This document shows positions 49,201 to 62,960 of a stretch of 64,000 nucleotides of DNA, piece after piece; the stretch's first letter is position 1, and each line of letters starts with the position of its first letter. Origin of the DNA: Phyllobates terribilis (taxonomy: Eukaryota); the NCBI RefSeq assembly GCF_046119375.1, contig NW_027362770.1, positions 197,346,001-197,410,000 on the forward strand, written 5' to 3'. Under the pieces are notes generated by a model. It made no database searches. It was not told the DNA's origin and saw nothing but the letters and a program-made list of their open reading frames with translations. The translations under genes and the position numbers were made by a program.

Positions 49201-52200
49201 TATTAATAAGGAGGGGATCAGGCACAGTCTGGGGGTCTCAGGTATTAGCAGTAGTAATCTGGGGGGTATGAGGGGTATTAATAAGGAGGGGGTCAGGCAC
49301 AGTCTGGGTGTCTCAGGTATTAGCAGTAGTAATCTGGGGAGTATGAGGGGTATTAATAAGGAGGGGGTCAGGCACAGTCCTGGGGTCTTAGGTATTAGCA
49401 GTAGTAATCTGGGGGGTATGAGGGGTATTAATAAGGAGGGGGTCAGGCACAGTCCGGGGGTCTCAGGTATTAGCAGTAGTAATCTGGGGGGTATGAGGGG
49501 TATTAATAAGGAGGGGGTCAGGCACAGTCCGGGGGTCTCAGGTATTAGCAGTAGTAATCTGGGGGGTATGAGGGGTATTAATAAGGAGGGGGTCAGGCAC
49601 AGTCCGGGGGTCTCAGGTATTAGCAGTAGTAATATGGGGGGCATGAGGGGTATTAATAAGGAGGGGGTCAGGCACAGTCTGGGGGTCTCAGGTATTAGCA
49701 GTAGTAATCTGGGGGGTATGAGGGGTATTAATAAGGAGGGGGTCAGGCACAGTCCGGGGGTCTCAGGTATTAGCAGTAGTAATATGGGGGAGTATGAGGG
49801 GTATTAATAAGGAGGGGTCAGGCACAGTCTGGGGGTCTCAGGTATTAGCAGTAGTAATCTGGGGGAGTATGAGGGGTATTAATAAGGAGGGGGTCAGGCA
49901 CAGTCCGGGGGTCTCAGGTATTAGCAGTAGTAATATGGGGGGAGAGTATGAGGGTTATTAATAAGGAGGGGGTCAGGCACAGTCTGGGGGTCTCAGGTAT
50001 TAGCAGTAGTAATCTGGGGGGGTATGAGGGGTACCAATAAGGAGGGGGTCAGGCACAGTCTGGGGGTCTCGGGTATTAGCAGTAGTAATCTGGGGGGGGT
50101 ATGAGGGGTACTAATAAGGAGGGGGTCAGGCACAGTCTGGGGGTCTCGGGTATTAGCAGTAGTAATCTGGGGGGAGAGTATGAGGGATATTAATAAGGAG
50201 GGGGTCAGGCACAGTCTGGGGGTCTCAGGTATTAGCAGTAGTAATCTGGGGGGGTATGAGGGGTACCAATAAGGAGGGGGTCAGGCACAGTCTGGGGGTC
50301 TCGGGTATTAGCAGTAGTAATCTGGGGGGGGTATGAGGGGTACTAATAAGGAGGGGGTCAGGCACAGTCTGGGGGTCTCGGGTATTAGCAGTAGTAATCT
50401 GGGGGGAGAGTATGAGGGATATTAATAAGGAGGGGGTCAGGCACAGTCTGGGGGTCTCAGGTATTAGTAGTAATCTGGGGGGTATGAGGGGTATTAATAA
50501 GGAGGGGGTCAGGCACAGTCCGGGGGTCTCAGGTATTAGCAGTAGTAATCTGGGGGATATGAGGGGTATTAATAAGGAGGGGGTCAGGCACAGTCTGGGG
50601 GTCTCAGGTATTAGCAGTAGTAATCTGGGGGGTATGAGGGGTATTAATAAGGAGGGGGTCAGGCACAGTCCGGGGGTCTCAGGTATTAGCAGTAGTAATA
50701 TGGGGGAGTATGAGGGGTATTAATAAGGAGGGGTCAGGCACAGTCCGGGGGTCTCAGGTATTAGCAGTAGTAATCTGGGGGGAGAGTATGAGGGTTATTA
50801 ATAAGGAGGGGGTCAGGCACAGTCCGGGGGTCTCAGGTATTAGCAGTAGTAATCTGGGGGGTATGAAGGGTATTAATAAGGAGGGGGTCAGGCACAGTCC
50901 GGGGGTCTCAGGTATTAGCAGTAGTAATCTGGGGGGTATGAGGGATATTAATAAGGAGGGGGTCAGGCACAGTCCCGGGGTCTCAGGTATTAGCAGTAGT
51001 AATCTGGGGGGAGAGTATGAGGGATTATTAATAAGGAGGGGGTCAGGCACAGTCTGGGGGTCTCAGGTATTAGCAGTAGTAATCTGGGGGGAGAGTATGA
51101 GGGTTATTAATAAGGAGGGGGTCAGGCACAGTCTGGGGGTCTCGGGTATTAGCAGTAGCAATCTGGGGGGAGAGTATGAGGGTTATTAATAAGGAGGGGG
51201 TCAGGCACAGTCCGGGGGGTCTCAGGTATTAGCAGTAGTAATCTGGGGGGTATGAGGGGTATTAATAAGGAGGGGGTCAGGCACAGTCTGGGGGTCTCAG
51301 GTATTAGCAGTAGCAATCTGGGGGGAGAGTATGAGGGTTATTAATAAGGAGGGGGTCAGGCACAGTCCGGGGGTCTCAGGTATTAGCAGTAGTAATCTGG
51401 GGGGAGAGAGTATGAGGGTTATTAATAAGGAGGGGGTCAGGCACAGTCCGGGGGTCTCAGGTATTAGCAGTAGTAATCTGGGGGATATGAGGGGTATTAA
51501 TAAGGAGGGGGTCAGGCACAGTCTGGGGGTCTCAGGTATTAGCAGTAGTAATCTGGGGGGTATGAGGGGTATTAATAAGGAGGGGGTCTGGCACAGTCCG
51601 GGGGTCTCAGGTATTAATCTGGGGGGGGTGTATGAGGGATATTAATAAGGAGGGGGTCAGGCACAGTCCGGGGGTCTCAGGTATTAGCAGTAGTAATCTG
51701 GGGGGTATGAAGGGTATTAATAAGGAGGGGGTCAGGCACAGTCCGGGGGTCTCAGGTATTAGCAGTAGTAATCTGGGGGGTATGAGGGATATTAATAAGG
51801 AGGGGGTCAGGCACAGTCCGGGGGTCTCAGGTATTAGCAGTAGTAATCTGGGGGGGGAGAGTATGAGGGTTATTAATAAGGAGGGGGTCAGGCACAGTCC
51901 GGGGGTCTCAGGTATTAGCAGTAGTAATCTGGGGGGTATGAGGGGTATTAATAAGGAGGGGGTCAGGCACAGTCCGGGGGTCTCAGGTATTAGCAGTAGT
52001 AATCTGGGGGGTATGAGGGGTATTAATAAGGATGGGGTCAGGCACAGTCTGGGGATCTTAGGTATTAGCAGTAGTAATCTGGGGGGAGAGTATGAGGGAT
52101 ATTAATAAGGAGGGGGTCAGGCACAGTCCGGGGGTCTCAGGTATCAGCAGTAGTAATCTGGGGGGAGAGTATGAGGGTTATTAATAAGGAGGGGGTCAGG

Positions 52201-55200
52201 CACAGTCTGGGGGTCTCAGGTATTAGCAGTAGTAATCTGGGGGGGTATGAGGGGTACTAATAAGGAGGGGGTCAGGCACAGTCTGGGGGTCTCGGGTATT
52301 AGCAGTAGTAATCTGGGGGGGTATGAGGGGTACTAATAAGGAGGTGGTCAGGCACAGTCTGGGGGTCTCGGGTATTAGCAGTAGTAATCTGGGGGGAGAG
52401 TATGAGGGATATTAATAAGGAGGGGGTCAGGCACAGTCTGGGGGTCTCAGGTATTAGCAGTAGTAATCTGGGGGGTATGAGGGGTATTAATAAGGAGGGG
52501 GTCAGGCACAGTCCGGGGGTCTCAGGTATTAGCAGTAGTAATCTGGGGGATATGAGGGGTATTAATAAGGAGGGGGTCAGGCACAGTCCGGGGGTCTCAG
52601 GTATTAGCAGTAGTAATATGGGGGAGTATGAGGGGTATTAATAAGGAGGGGTCAGGCACAGTCCGGGGGTCTCAGGTATTAGCAGTAGTAATCTGGGGGG
52701 AGAGTATGAGGGTTATTAATAAGGAGGGGGTCAGGCACAGTCCGGGGGTCTCGGGTATTAGCAGTAGTAATCTGGGGGGTATGAAGGGTATTAATAAGGA
52801 GGGGGTCAGGCACAGTCCGGGGGTCTCAGGTATTAGCAGTAGTAATCTGGGGGGTATCAGGGATATTAATAAGGAGGGGGTCAGGCACAGTCCGGGGGTC
52901 TCAGGTATTAGCAGTAGTAATCTGGGGGGAGAGTATGAGGGATTATTAATAAGGAGGGGGTCAGGCACAGTCTGGGGGTCTCAGGTATTAGCAGTAGTAA
53001 TCTGGGGGGAGAGTATGAGGGTTATTAATAAGGAGGGGGTCAGGCACAATCTGGGGGTCTCGGGTATTAGCAGTAGCAATCTGGGGGGAGAGTATGAGGG
53101 TTATTAATAAGGAGGGGGTCAGGCACAGTCCGGGGGGTCTCAGGTATTAGCAGTAGTAATCTGGGGGGTATGAGGGGTATTAATAAGGAGGGGGTCAGGC
53201 ACAGTCTAGGGGTCTCAGGTATTAGCAGTAGCAATCTGGGGGGAGAGTATGAGGGTTATTAATAAGGAGGGGGTCAGGCACAGTCCGGGGGTCTCAGGTA
53301 TTAGCAGTAGTAATCTGGGGGGAGAGTATGAGGGTTTAATAAGGAGGGGTTCAGGCACAGTCCGGGGGTCTCAGGTATTAGCAGTAGTAATCTGGGGGGT
53401 ATGAGGGTTATTAATAAGGAGGGGGTCAGGCAAAGTCCGGGGGTCTCAGGTATTAGCAGTAGTAATCTGGGGGGTATGAGGGTTTAATAAGGAGGGGGTC
53501 AGGCACAGTCCGGGGGTCTCAGGTATTAGCAGTAGTAATATGGGGGGGCATGAGGGGTATTAATAAGGAGGGGGTCAGGCACAGTCCGGGGGTCTCAGGT
53601 ATTAGCAGTAGTAATCTGGGTGGAGAGTATGAGGGTTTAATAAGGAGGGGTTCAGGCACAGTCCGGGGGTCTCAGGTATTAGCAGTAGTAATATGGGGGG
53701 GCATGAGAGGTATTAATAAGGAGGGGGTCAGGCACAGTCCGGGGGTCTCAGGTATTAGCAGTAGTAATCTGGGGGGTATGAGGGGTATTAATAAGGAGGG
53801 GGTCAGGCACAGTCTGGGGGTCTCAGGTATTAGCAGTAGCAATCTGGGGGGAGAGTATGAGGGTTATTAATAAGGAGGGGGTCAGGCACAGTCCGGGGGT
53901 CTCAGGTATTAGCAGTAGTAATCTGGGGGGAGAGTATGAGGGTTTAATAAGGAGGGGTTCAGGCACAGTCCGGGGGTCTCAGGTATTAGCAGTAGTAATC
54001 TGGGGGATATGAGAGGTATTAATAAGGAGGGGGTCAGGCACAGTCCGGGGGTCTCAGGTATTAGCAGTAGTAATCTGGGGGGTATGAGGGGTATTAATAA
54101 GGAGGGGGTCAGGCACAGTCCGGGGGTCTCAGGTATTAGCAGTAGTAATCTGGGGGGTATGAGGGTTATTAATAAGGAGGGGGTCAGGCAAAGTCCGGGG
54201 GTCTCAGGTATTAGCAGTAGTAATCTGGGGGGTATGAGGGTTTAATAAGGAGGGGGTCAGGCACAGTCCGGGGGTCTCAGGTATTAGCAGTAGTAATATG
54301 GGGGGGCATGAGGGGTATTAATAAGGAGGGGGTCAGGCACAGTCCGGGGGTCTCAGGTATTAGCAGTAGTAATCTGGGTGGAGAGTATGAGGGTTTAATA
54401 AGGAGGGGTTCAGGCACAGTCCGGGGGTCTCAGGTATTAGCAGTAGTAATATGGGGGGGCATGAGAGGTATTAATAAGGAGGGGGTCAGGCACAGTCCGG
54501 GGGTCTCAGGTATTAGCAGTAGTAATCTGGGGGGTATGAGGGGTATTAATAAGGAGGGGGTTAGGCACAGTCCGGGGGTCTCAGGTATTAGCAGTAGTAA
54601 TATGGGGGGAATGAAGGGTATTAATAAGGAGGGGGTCAGGCACAGTCCGGGGGTCTCAGGTATTAGCAGTAGTAATCTGGGGGTTATTAATAAGGAGGGG
54701 GTCAGGCACAGTCCGGTGGTCTCAGGTATTAGCAGTAGTAATCTGGGGGGTATGAGGGGTATTAATAAGGAGGGGGTCAGGCACAGTCCGGGGGTCTCAG
54801 GTATTAGCAGTAGTAATATGGGGGGCATGAGGAGTATTAATAAGGAGGGGGTCAGGCACAGTCCGGGGGTCTCAGGTATTAGCAGTAGTAATATGGGGGG
54901 CATGAGGAGTATTAATAAGGAGGGGATCAGGCACAGTCCGGGGGTCTCAGGTATTAGCAGTAGTAATATGGGGGGCATGAGGGGTATTAATAAGGAGGGG
55001 GTCAGGCACAGTCCGGGGGTCTCAGGTATTAGCAGTAGTAATCTGGGGGGTATGAGGGGTATTAATAAGGAGGGGGTCAGGCACAATGCGGGGGTCTCAG
55101 GTATTAGCAGTAGTAATATGGGGGAGCATGAGGGGTATTAATAAGGAGGGGGTCAGGCACTGTCCGGGGGTCTCAGGTATTAGCAGTAGTAATCTGGGGG

Positions 55201-58200
55201 ATATGAGGGGTATTAATAAGGAGGGGGTCAGGCACAGTCTGGGGGTCTCAGGTATTAGCAGTAGTAATCTGGGGGGTATGAGGGGTATTAATAAGGATGG
55301 GGTCAGGCACAGTCTGGGGGTCTCAGGTATTAGCAGTAGTAATATGGGGGGCATGAGGGGTATTAATAAGGAGGGGGTCAGGCACAGTCTGGGGGTCTCA
55401 GGTATTAGCAGTAGTAATCTGGGGGGTATGAGGGGTATTAATAAGGAGGGGGTCAGGCACAGTCCGGGGGTCTCAGGTATTAGCAGTAGTAATATGGGGG
55501 AGTATGAGGGGTATTAATAAGGAGGGGTCAGGCACAGTCCAGGGGTCTCAGGTATTAGCAGTAGTAATCTGGGGGGAGAGTATGAGGGTTATTAATAAGG
55601 AGGGGGTCAGGCACAGTCCGGGGGTCTCAGGTATTAGCAGTAGTAATCTGGGGGGAGAGTATGAGGGTTATTAATAAGGAGGGGGTTAGGCACAGTCCGG
55701 GGGTCTCAGGTATTAGCAGTAGTAATCTGGGGGGAGAGTATGAGGGATTATTAATAAGGAGGGGGTCAGGCACAGTCTGGGGGTCTCAGGTATTAGCAGT
55801 AGTAATCTGGGGGGAGAGTATGAGGGTTATTAATAAGGAGGGGGTCAGGCACAGTCTGGGGGTCTCGGGTATTAGCAGTAGCAATCTGGGGGGAGAGTAT
55901 GAGGGTTATTAATAAGGAGGGGGTCAGGCACAGTCCGGGGGGTCTCAGGTATTAGCAGTAGTAATCTGGGGAGTATGAGGGGTATTAATAAGGAGGGGGT
56001 CAGGCACAGTCTGGGGGTCTCAGGTATTAGCAGTAGCAATCTGGGGGGAGAGTATGAGGGTTATTAATAAGGAGGGGGTCAGGCACAGTCCGGGGGTCTC
56101 AGGTATTAGCAGTAGTAATCTGGTGGGAGAGTATGAGGGTTATTAATAAGGAGGGGGTCAGGCACAGTCTGGGGGTCTCAGGTATTAGCAGTAGTAATCT
56201 GGGGGATATGAGGGTTTAATAAGGAGGGGGTCAGGCACAGTCCGGGGGTCTCAGGTATTAGCAGTAGTAATCTGGGTGGAGAGTATGAGGGTTTAATAAG
56301 GAGGGGTTCAGGCACAGTCCGGGGGTCTCAGGTATTAGCAGTAGTAATATGGGGGGGCATGAGAGGTATTAATAAGGAGGGGGTCAGGCACAGTCCGGGG
56401 GTCTCAGGTATTAGCAGTAGTAATCTGGGGGGTATGAGGGGTATTAATAAGGAGGGGGTCAGGCACAGTCCGGGGGTCTCAGGTATTAGCAGTAGTAATA
56501 TGGGGGGCATGAAGGGTATTAATAAGGAGGGGGTCAGGCACAGTCCGGGGGTCTCAGGTATTAGCAGTATTAATCTGGGGGTTATTAATAAGGAGGGGGT
56601 CAGGCACAGTCCGGTGGTCTCAGGTATTAGCAGTAGTAATCTGGGGAGTATGAGGGGTATTAATAAGGAGGGGGTCAGGCACAGTCTGGGGGTCTCAGGT
56701 ATTAGCAGTAGTAATCTGGGGAGTATGAGGGGTATTAATAAGGAGGGGGTCAGGCACAGTCCTGGGGTCTCAGGTATTAGCAGTAGTAATCTGGGGGGTA
56801 TGAGGGGTATTAATAAGGAGGGGGTCAGGCACAGTCTGGGGGTCTCAGGTATTAGCAGTAGTAATCTGGGGGGAGAGTATGAGGCTTTAATAAGGAGGGG
56901 GTCAGGCACAGTCCGGGGGTCTCAGGTATTAGCAGTAGCAATCTGGGGGGAGAGTATGAGGCTTTAATAAGGAGGGGGTCAGGCACAGTCCGGGGGTCTC
57001 AGGTATTAGCAGTAGTAATATGGGGGGCATGAGGGGTATTAATAAGGAGGCTGTCAGGCACAGTCCGGGGGTCTCAGGTATTAGCAGTAGTAATCTGGGG
57101 GTTATTAATAAGGAGGGGGTCAGGCACAGTCCGGTGGTCTCAGGTATTAGCAGTAGTAATCTGGGGGATATGAGGGGTATTAATAAGGAGGGGGTCAGGC
57201 ACAATGCGGGGGTCTCAGGTATTAGCAGTAGTAATATGGGGGAGCATGAGGGGTATTAATAAGGAGGGGGTCAGGCACTGTCCGGGGGTCTCAGGTATTA
57301 GCAGTAGTAATCTGGGGGATATGAGGGGTATTAATAAGGAGGGGGTCAGGCACAGTCTGGGGGTCTCAGGTATTAGCAGTAGTAATCTGGGGGGTATGAG
57401 GGGTATTAATAAGGATGGGGTCAGGCACAGTCTGGGGGTCTCAGGTATTAGCAGTAGTAATATGGGGGGCATGAGGGGTATTAATAAGGAGGGGGTCAGG
57501 CACAGTCTGGGGGTCTCAGGTATTAGCAGTAGTAATCTGGGGGGTATGAGGGGTATTAATAAGGAGGGGGTCAGGCACAGTCCGGGGGTCTCAGGTATTA
57601 GCAGTAGTAATATGGGGGAGTATGAGGGGTATTAATAAGGAGGGGTCAGGCACAGTCCAGGGGTCTCAGGTATTAGCAGTAGTAATCTGGGGGGAGAGTA
57701 TGAGGGTTATTAATAAGGAGGGGGTCAGGCACAGTCCGGGGGTCTCAGGTATTAGCAGTAGTAATCTGGGGGGAGAGTATGAGGGTTATTAATAAGGAGG
57801 GGGTTAGGCACAGTCCGGGGGTCTCAGGTATTAGCAGTAGTAATCTGGGGGGAGAGTATGAGGGATTATTAATAAGGAGGGGGTCAGGCACAGTCTGGGG
57901 GTCTCAGGTATTAGCAGTAGTAATCTGGGGGGAGAGTATGAGGGTTATTAATAAGGAGGGGGTCAGGCACAGTCTGGGGGTCTCGGGTATTAGCAGTAGC
58001 AATCTGGGGGGAGAGTATGAGGGTTATTAATAAGGAGGGGGTCAGGCACAGTCCGGGGGGTCTCAGGTATTAGCAGTAGTAATCTGGGGAGTATGAGGGG
58101 TATTAATAAGGAGGGGGTCAGGCACAGTCTGGGGGTCTCAGGTATTAGCAGTAGCAATCTGGGGGGAGAGTATGAGGGTTATTAATAAGGAGGGGGTCAG

Positions 58201-61200
58201 GCACAGTCCGGGGGTCTCAGGTATTAGCAGTAGTAATCTGGTGGGAGAGTATGAGGGTTATTAATAAGGAGGGGGTCAGGCACAGTCTGGGGGTCTCAGG
58301 TATTAGCAGTAGTAATCTGGGGGATATGAGGGTTTAATAAGGAGGGGGTCAGGCACAGTCCGGGGGTCTCAGGTATTAGCAGTAGTAATCTGGGTGGAGA
58401 GTATGAGGGTTTAATAAGGAGGGGTTCAGGCACAGTCCGGGGGTCTCAGGTATTAGCAGTAGTAATATGGGGGGGCATGAGAGGTATTAATAAGGAGGGG
58501 GTCAGGCACAGTCCGGGGGTCTCAGGTATTAGCAGTAGTAATCTGGGGGGTATGAGGGGTATTAATAAGGAGGGGGTCAGGCACAGTCCGGGGGTCTCAG
58601 GTATTAGCAGTAGTAATATGGGGGGCATGAAGGGTATTAATAAGGAGGGGGTCAGGCACAGTCCGGGGGTCTCAGGTATTAGCAGTATTAATCTGGGGGT
58701 TATTAATAAGGAGGGGGTCAGGCACAGTCCGGTGGTCTCAGGTATTAGCAGTAGTAATCTGGGGAGTATGAGGGGTATTAATAAGGAGGGGGTCAGGCAC
58801 AGTCTGGGGGTCTCAGGTATTAGCAGTAGTAATCTGGGGAGTATGAGGGGTATTAATAAGGAGGGGGTCAGGCACAGTCCTGGGGTCTCAGGTATTAGCA
58901 GTAGTAATCTGGGGGGTATGAGGGGTATTAATAAGGAGGGGGTCAGGCACAGTCTGGGGGTCTCAGGTATTAGCAGTAGTAATCTGGGGGGAGAGTATGA
59001 GGCTTTAATAAGGAGGGGGTCAGGCACAGTCCGGGGGTCTCAGGTATTAGCAGTAGCAATCTGGGGGGAGAGTATGAGGCTTTAATAAGGAGGGGGTCAG
59101 GCACAGTCCGGGGGTCTCAGGTATTAGCAGTAGTAATATGGGGGGCATGAGGGGTATTAATAAGGAGGCTGTCAGGCACAGTCCGGGGGTCTCAGGTATT
59201 AGCAGTAGTAATCTGGGGGTTATTAATAAGGAGGGGGTCAGGCACAGTCCGGTGGTCTCAGGTATTAGCAGTAGTAATCTGGGGGATATGAGGGGTATTA
59301 ATAAGGAGGGGGTCAGGCACAGTCCGGGGGTCTCAGGTATTAGCAGTAGTAATATGGGGGGCATGAGGAGTATTAATAAGGAGGGGGTCAGGCACAGTCC
59401 GGGGGTCTCAGGTATTAGCAGTAGTAATCTGGGAGGTATGAGGGGTATTAATAAGGAGGGGGTCAGGCACAGTCTGGGGGTCTCAGGTATTAGCAGTAGT
59501 AATCTGGGGGGTATGAGCGGTACTAATAAGGAGGGGGTCAGGCACAGTCTGGGGTCTCAGGTATTAGCAGTAGTAATATGGGGGAGCATAAGGGGTACTA
59601 ATAAGGAGGGGGTCAGGCACAGTCCAGGGGTCTCAGGTATTAGCAGTAGTAATCTGGGGGGTATGAGGGGTACTAATAAGGAGGGGGTCAGGCACAGTCT
59701 GGGGGTCTCAGGTATTAGCAGTAGTAATCTGGGGGGGGTGTATGAGGGGTATTAATAAGGAGGGGGTCAGGCACAGTCCGGGGGTCTCAGGTATTAGCAG
59801 TAGTAATCTGGGGGGTATGAGGGGTATTAATAAGGAGGGGGTCAGGCACAGTCTGGCGGTCTCAGGTATTAGCAGTAGTAATCTGGGGCTTATGAGGGGT
59901 ATTAATAAGGAGGGGGTCAGGCACAGTCCGGGGGTCTCAGGTATTAGCAGTAGTAATCTGGGGGGTATGAGGGGTATTAATAAGGAGGGGGTCAGGCACA
60001 GTCCGGGGGTCTCAGGTATTAGCAGTAGTAATCTGGGGGGTATGAGGGATATTAATAAGGAGGGGGTCAGGCACAGTCCGGTGGTCTCAGGTATTAGCAG
60101 TAGTAATCTGGGGGGTATGAGGGGTATTAATAAGGAGGGGGTCAGGCACAGTCCGGGGGTCTCAGGTATTAGCAGTAGTAATCTGGGGGGTATGAGGGGT
60201 ATTAATAAGGAGGGGGTCAGGCACAGTCTGGGTGTCTCAGGTATTAGCAGTAGTAATCTGGGGGGTATGAGGGGTATTAATAAGGAGGGGGTCAGGCACA
60301 GTCCTGGGGTCTCAGGTATTAGCAGTAGTAATCTGGGGGGTATGAGGGGTATTAATAAGGAGGGGGTCAGGCACAGTCCGGGGGTCTCAGGTATTAGCAG
60401 TAGTAATCTGGGGGGTATGAGGGGTATTAATAAGGAGGGGGTCAGGCACAGTCCGGGGGTCTCAGGTATTAGCAGTAGTAATCTGGGGGGTATGAGGGGT
60501 ATTAATAAGGAGGGGGTCAGGCACAGTCCGGGGGTCTCAGGTATTAGCAGTGGTAATCTGGGGGGTATGAGGGGTATTAATAAGGAGGGGGTCAGGCACA
60601 GTCTGGGTGTCTCAGGTATTAGCAGTAGTAATCTGGGGGGTATGAGGGGTATTAAAAAGGAGGGGGTCAGGCACAGTCCTGGGGTCTCAGGTATTAGCAG
60701 TAGTAATCTGGGGGGTATGAGGGGTATTAATAAGGAGGGGGTCAGGCACAGTCCGGGGGTCTCAGGTATTAGCAGTAGTAATCTGGGGGGTATGAGGGGT
60801 ATTAATAAGGAGGGGGTCAGGCACAGTCCGGGGGTCTCAGGTATTAGCAGTGGTAATCTGGGGGGTATGAGGGGTATTAATAAGGAGGGGGTCAGGCACA
60901 GTCTGGGTGTCTTAGGTATTAGCAGTAGTAATCTGGGGGGTATGAGGGGTATTAATAAGGAGGGGGTCAGGCACAGTCCGGGGGTCTCAGGTATTAGCAG
61001 TAGTAATCTGGGGGGTATGAGGGGTATTAATAAGGAGGGGGTCAGGCACAGTCCAGGGGTCTCAGGTATTAGCAGTAGTAATCTGGGGTGAGAGTATGAG
61101 GGATATTAATAAGGAGGGGGTCAGGCACAGTCCGGGGGTCTCAGGTATTAGCAGTAGTAATCTGGGGGGCATGAGGGGTATTAATAAGGAGGTGGTCAGG

Positions 61201-62030
61201 CACAATGCGGGGGTCTCAGGTATTAGCAGTAGTAATCTGGGGGGTATGAGGGGTATTAATAAGGAGGGGGTCAGGCACAATGCGGGGGTCTCAGGTATTA
61301 GCAGTAGTAATATGGGGGAGCATGAGGGGTATTAATAAGGAGAGGGTCAGGCACAATGCGAGGGTCTCAGCTATTAGCAGTAGTAATCTGGGGGTTTGAG
61401 GGGTACTAATAAGGAGGGGGTCAGGCACAGTCCAGGGGTCTCAGGTATTAGCAGTAGTAATCTGGGGGAGTATGACGGGTACTAATAAGGAGGGGGTCAG
61501 GCACAGTCTGGGGGTCTCAGGTATTAGCAGTAGTAATCTGGGGGGTATGAGGGGTATTAATAAGGAGGGGGTCAGGCACAGTCCGGGGGTCTCAGGTATT
61601 AGCAGTAGTAATCTGGGGGGTATGAGGGGTATTAATAAGGAGGGGGTCAGGCACAGTCCGGGGGTCTCAGGTATTAGCAGTAGTAATCTGGGGGGTATGA
61701 GGGGTATTAATAAGGAGGGGGTCAGGCACAGTCCGGGGGTCTCAGGTATTAGCAGTAGTAATCTGGGGGGTATGAGGGGTATTAATAAGGAGGGGTTCAG
61801 GCACAGTCCGGGGGTCTCCGGTATTAGCAGTAGTAATCTGGGGGGTATGAGGGGTATTAATAAGCAGAGCAGTTACAGTCCGGGGGTCTCAGGTATTAGC
61901 AGTAGTAATCTGGGGGGTATGGGGGTTATTAATAAGCAGAGCAGTTACAGTCCGGGGGTCTCAGGTATTAGCAGTAGTAATCTGGGGGGTATGGGGGTTA
62001 TTAATAAGCAGAGCAGTTACAGTCCGGGGG
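46264..62030. repeat. 75-bp G-rich satellite, ~210 units
   Basis: GAGGGGTATTAATAAGGAGGGGGTCAGGCACAGTCCGGGGGTCTCAGGTATTAGCAGTAGTAATCTGGGGGGTAT; 25-aa ORF periodicity confirms the unit length; 2118-bp higher-order duplication. Confidence 0.98.
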
Positions 62031-62319
62031 CCTCTGGTAATGTCCGGCCGTGTCCGTCGTGATCAGTGGCGGTCGCGGGCCCAGGACCCCAGCAGTCACC
62101 GCTGCACCTGCTGTTACCGTGGCCGCCGCTGATACTTTGTTTCTTTCTTCTCATTCATCTTTTCTTCTTACTTTATTTCCTGATATTTAGAAAAAGAAAA
62201 GGAAGGCGAGAAAGGCGAGTAAGGAGAGCGGAGAGCGCGGACCCCGCTGCCGCAGACCTAGAGCCAGATAGGAATATTCACACTGAGTCAGTGATGATGG
62301 AGACCTCATATCTGTGCTA

Positions 62320-62528
62320 GGCTGCGTTCACACGGAGCGATTTTTCCTTCAGCCAAAGCCTGCGTTCAGAATGTCCGTTTAGTGGCGTTTTTATTGTGTT
62401 TTTTGGGAACAGGTCACATCAGATTTCTGAGCTCTCATAACTTCTGCTGATTCAGTAAAAAGCAGCTTTAAATTTGCATAAAATTAACATTGAAAAAATT
62501 CTGCAAACCGCTGTGTGTGAACATAGCC
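62320..62528. mobile_element. PIF/Harbinger-like MITE
   Basis: TIRs GGCTGCGTTCACAC / GTGTGAACATAGCC flanked by CTA and TTA. Confidence 0.65.
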
Positions 62529-62552
62529 TTATAACGCCATGTATACAGATTA

Positions 62553-62858
62553 GGGTCTGTGCACACGTAAATATTTGCTGCGTTTTTTAAACAGACTGCA
62601 GCATTTCTTAGTACCAGCAAAGTGGATGAGGTTCCTGACGTCTCGTTCACACACTGCTTATTTTTTCCTTGCAGATTTGAAGCAGTTTTGTATCTGCAGC
62701 GTATCTTTCAGCGTTTTTGCAGTGCTTTTTCCCCCTTTGTAACGATTTTGAAAAAACGCGGCAAAAACGCAAATCTTTTATGCAGCTTTTTTTCTACCAA
62801 GAGACATGTTTATTATGCAGGAATGTCTGCAACAAATACTTAATGTGTAAACATGCCC
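62553..62858. mobile_element. PIF/Harbinger-like MITE
   Basis: Degenerate TIRs GGGTCTGTGCACAC / GTGTAAACATGCCC with TTA on both sides. Confidence 0.6.
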
Positions 62859-62960
62859 TTAATGTGATGTCATGGAGCGGCAGTCTGGTGTCTGGTGCAG
62901 GTCCGGGCAGCAGTGTGTATCCTGTAAAGACAAGAATGACAGACGCCAGAGATACCAAAG

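Noticed and set aside
46550-62062. Repetitive MRGINKEGVRHSPGVSGISSSNLGG protein
   Set aside because: The 75-bp unit is divisible by 3, but G-run indels break the frame constantly, so there is no sign of coding selection.
62130-62225. Possible DNAI7 exon 2 (acceptor TTTAG at 62190, donor GTAAGG at 62219, KKKRKARKA) or a minus-strand exon at the same spot
   Set aside because: Lys-rich but no convincing match to the DNAI7 N-terminus; the minus-strand alternative has stops in all frames. Needs RNA-seq.
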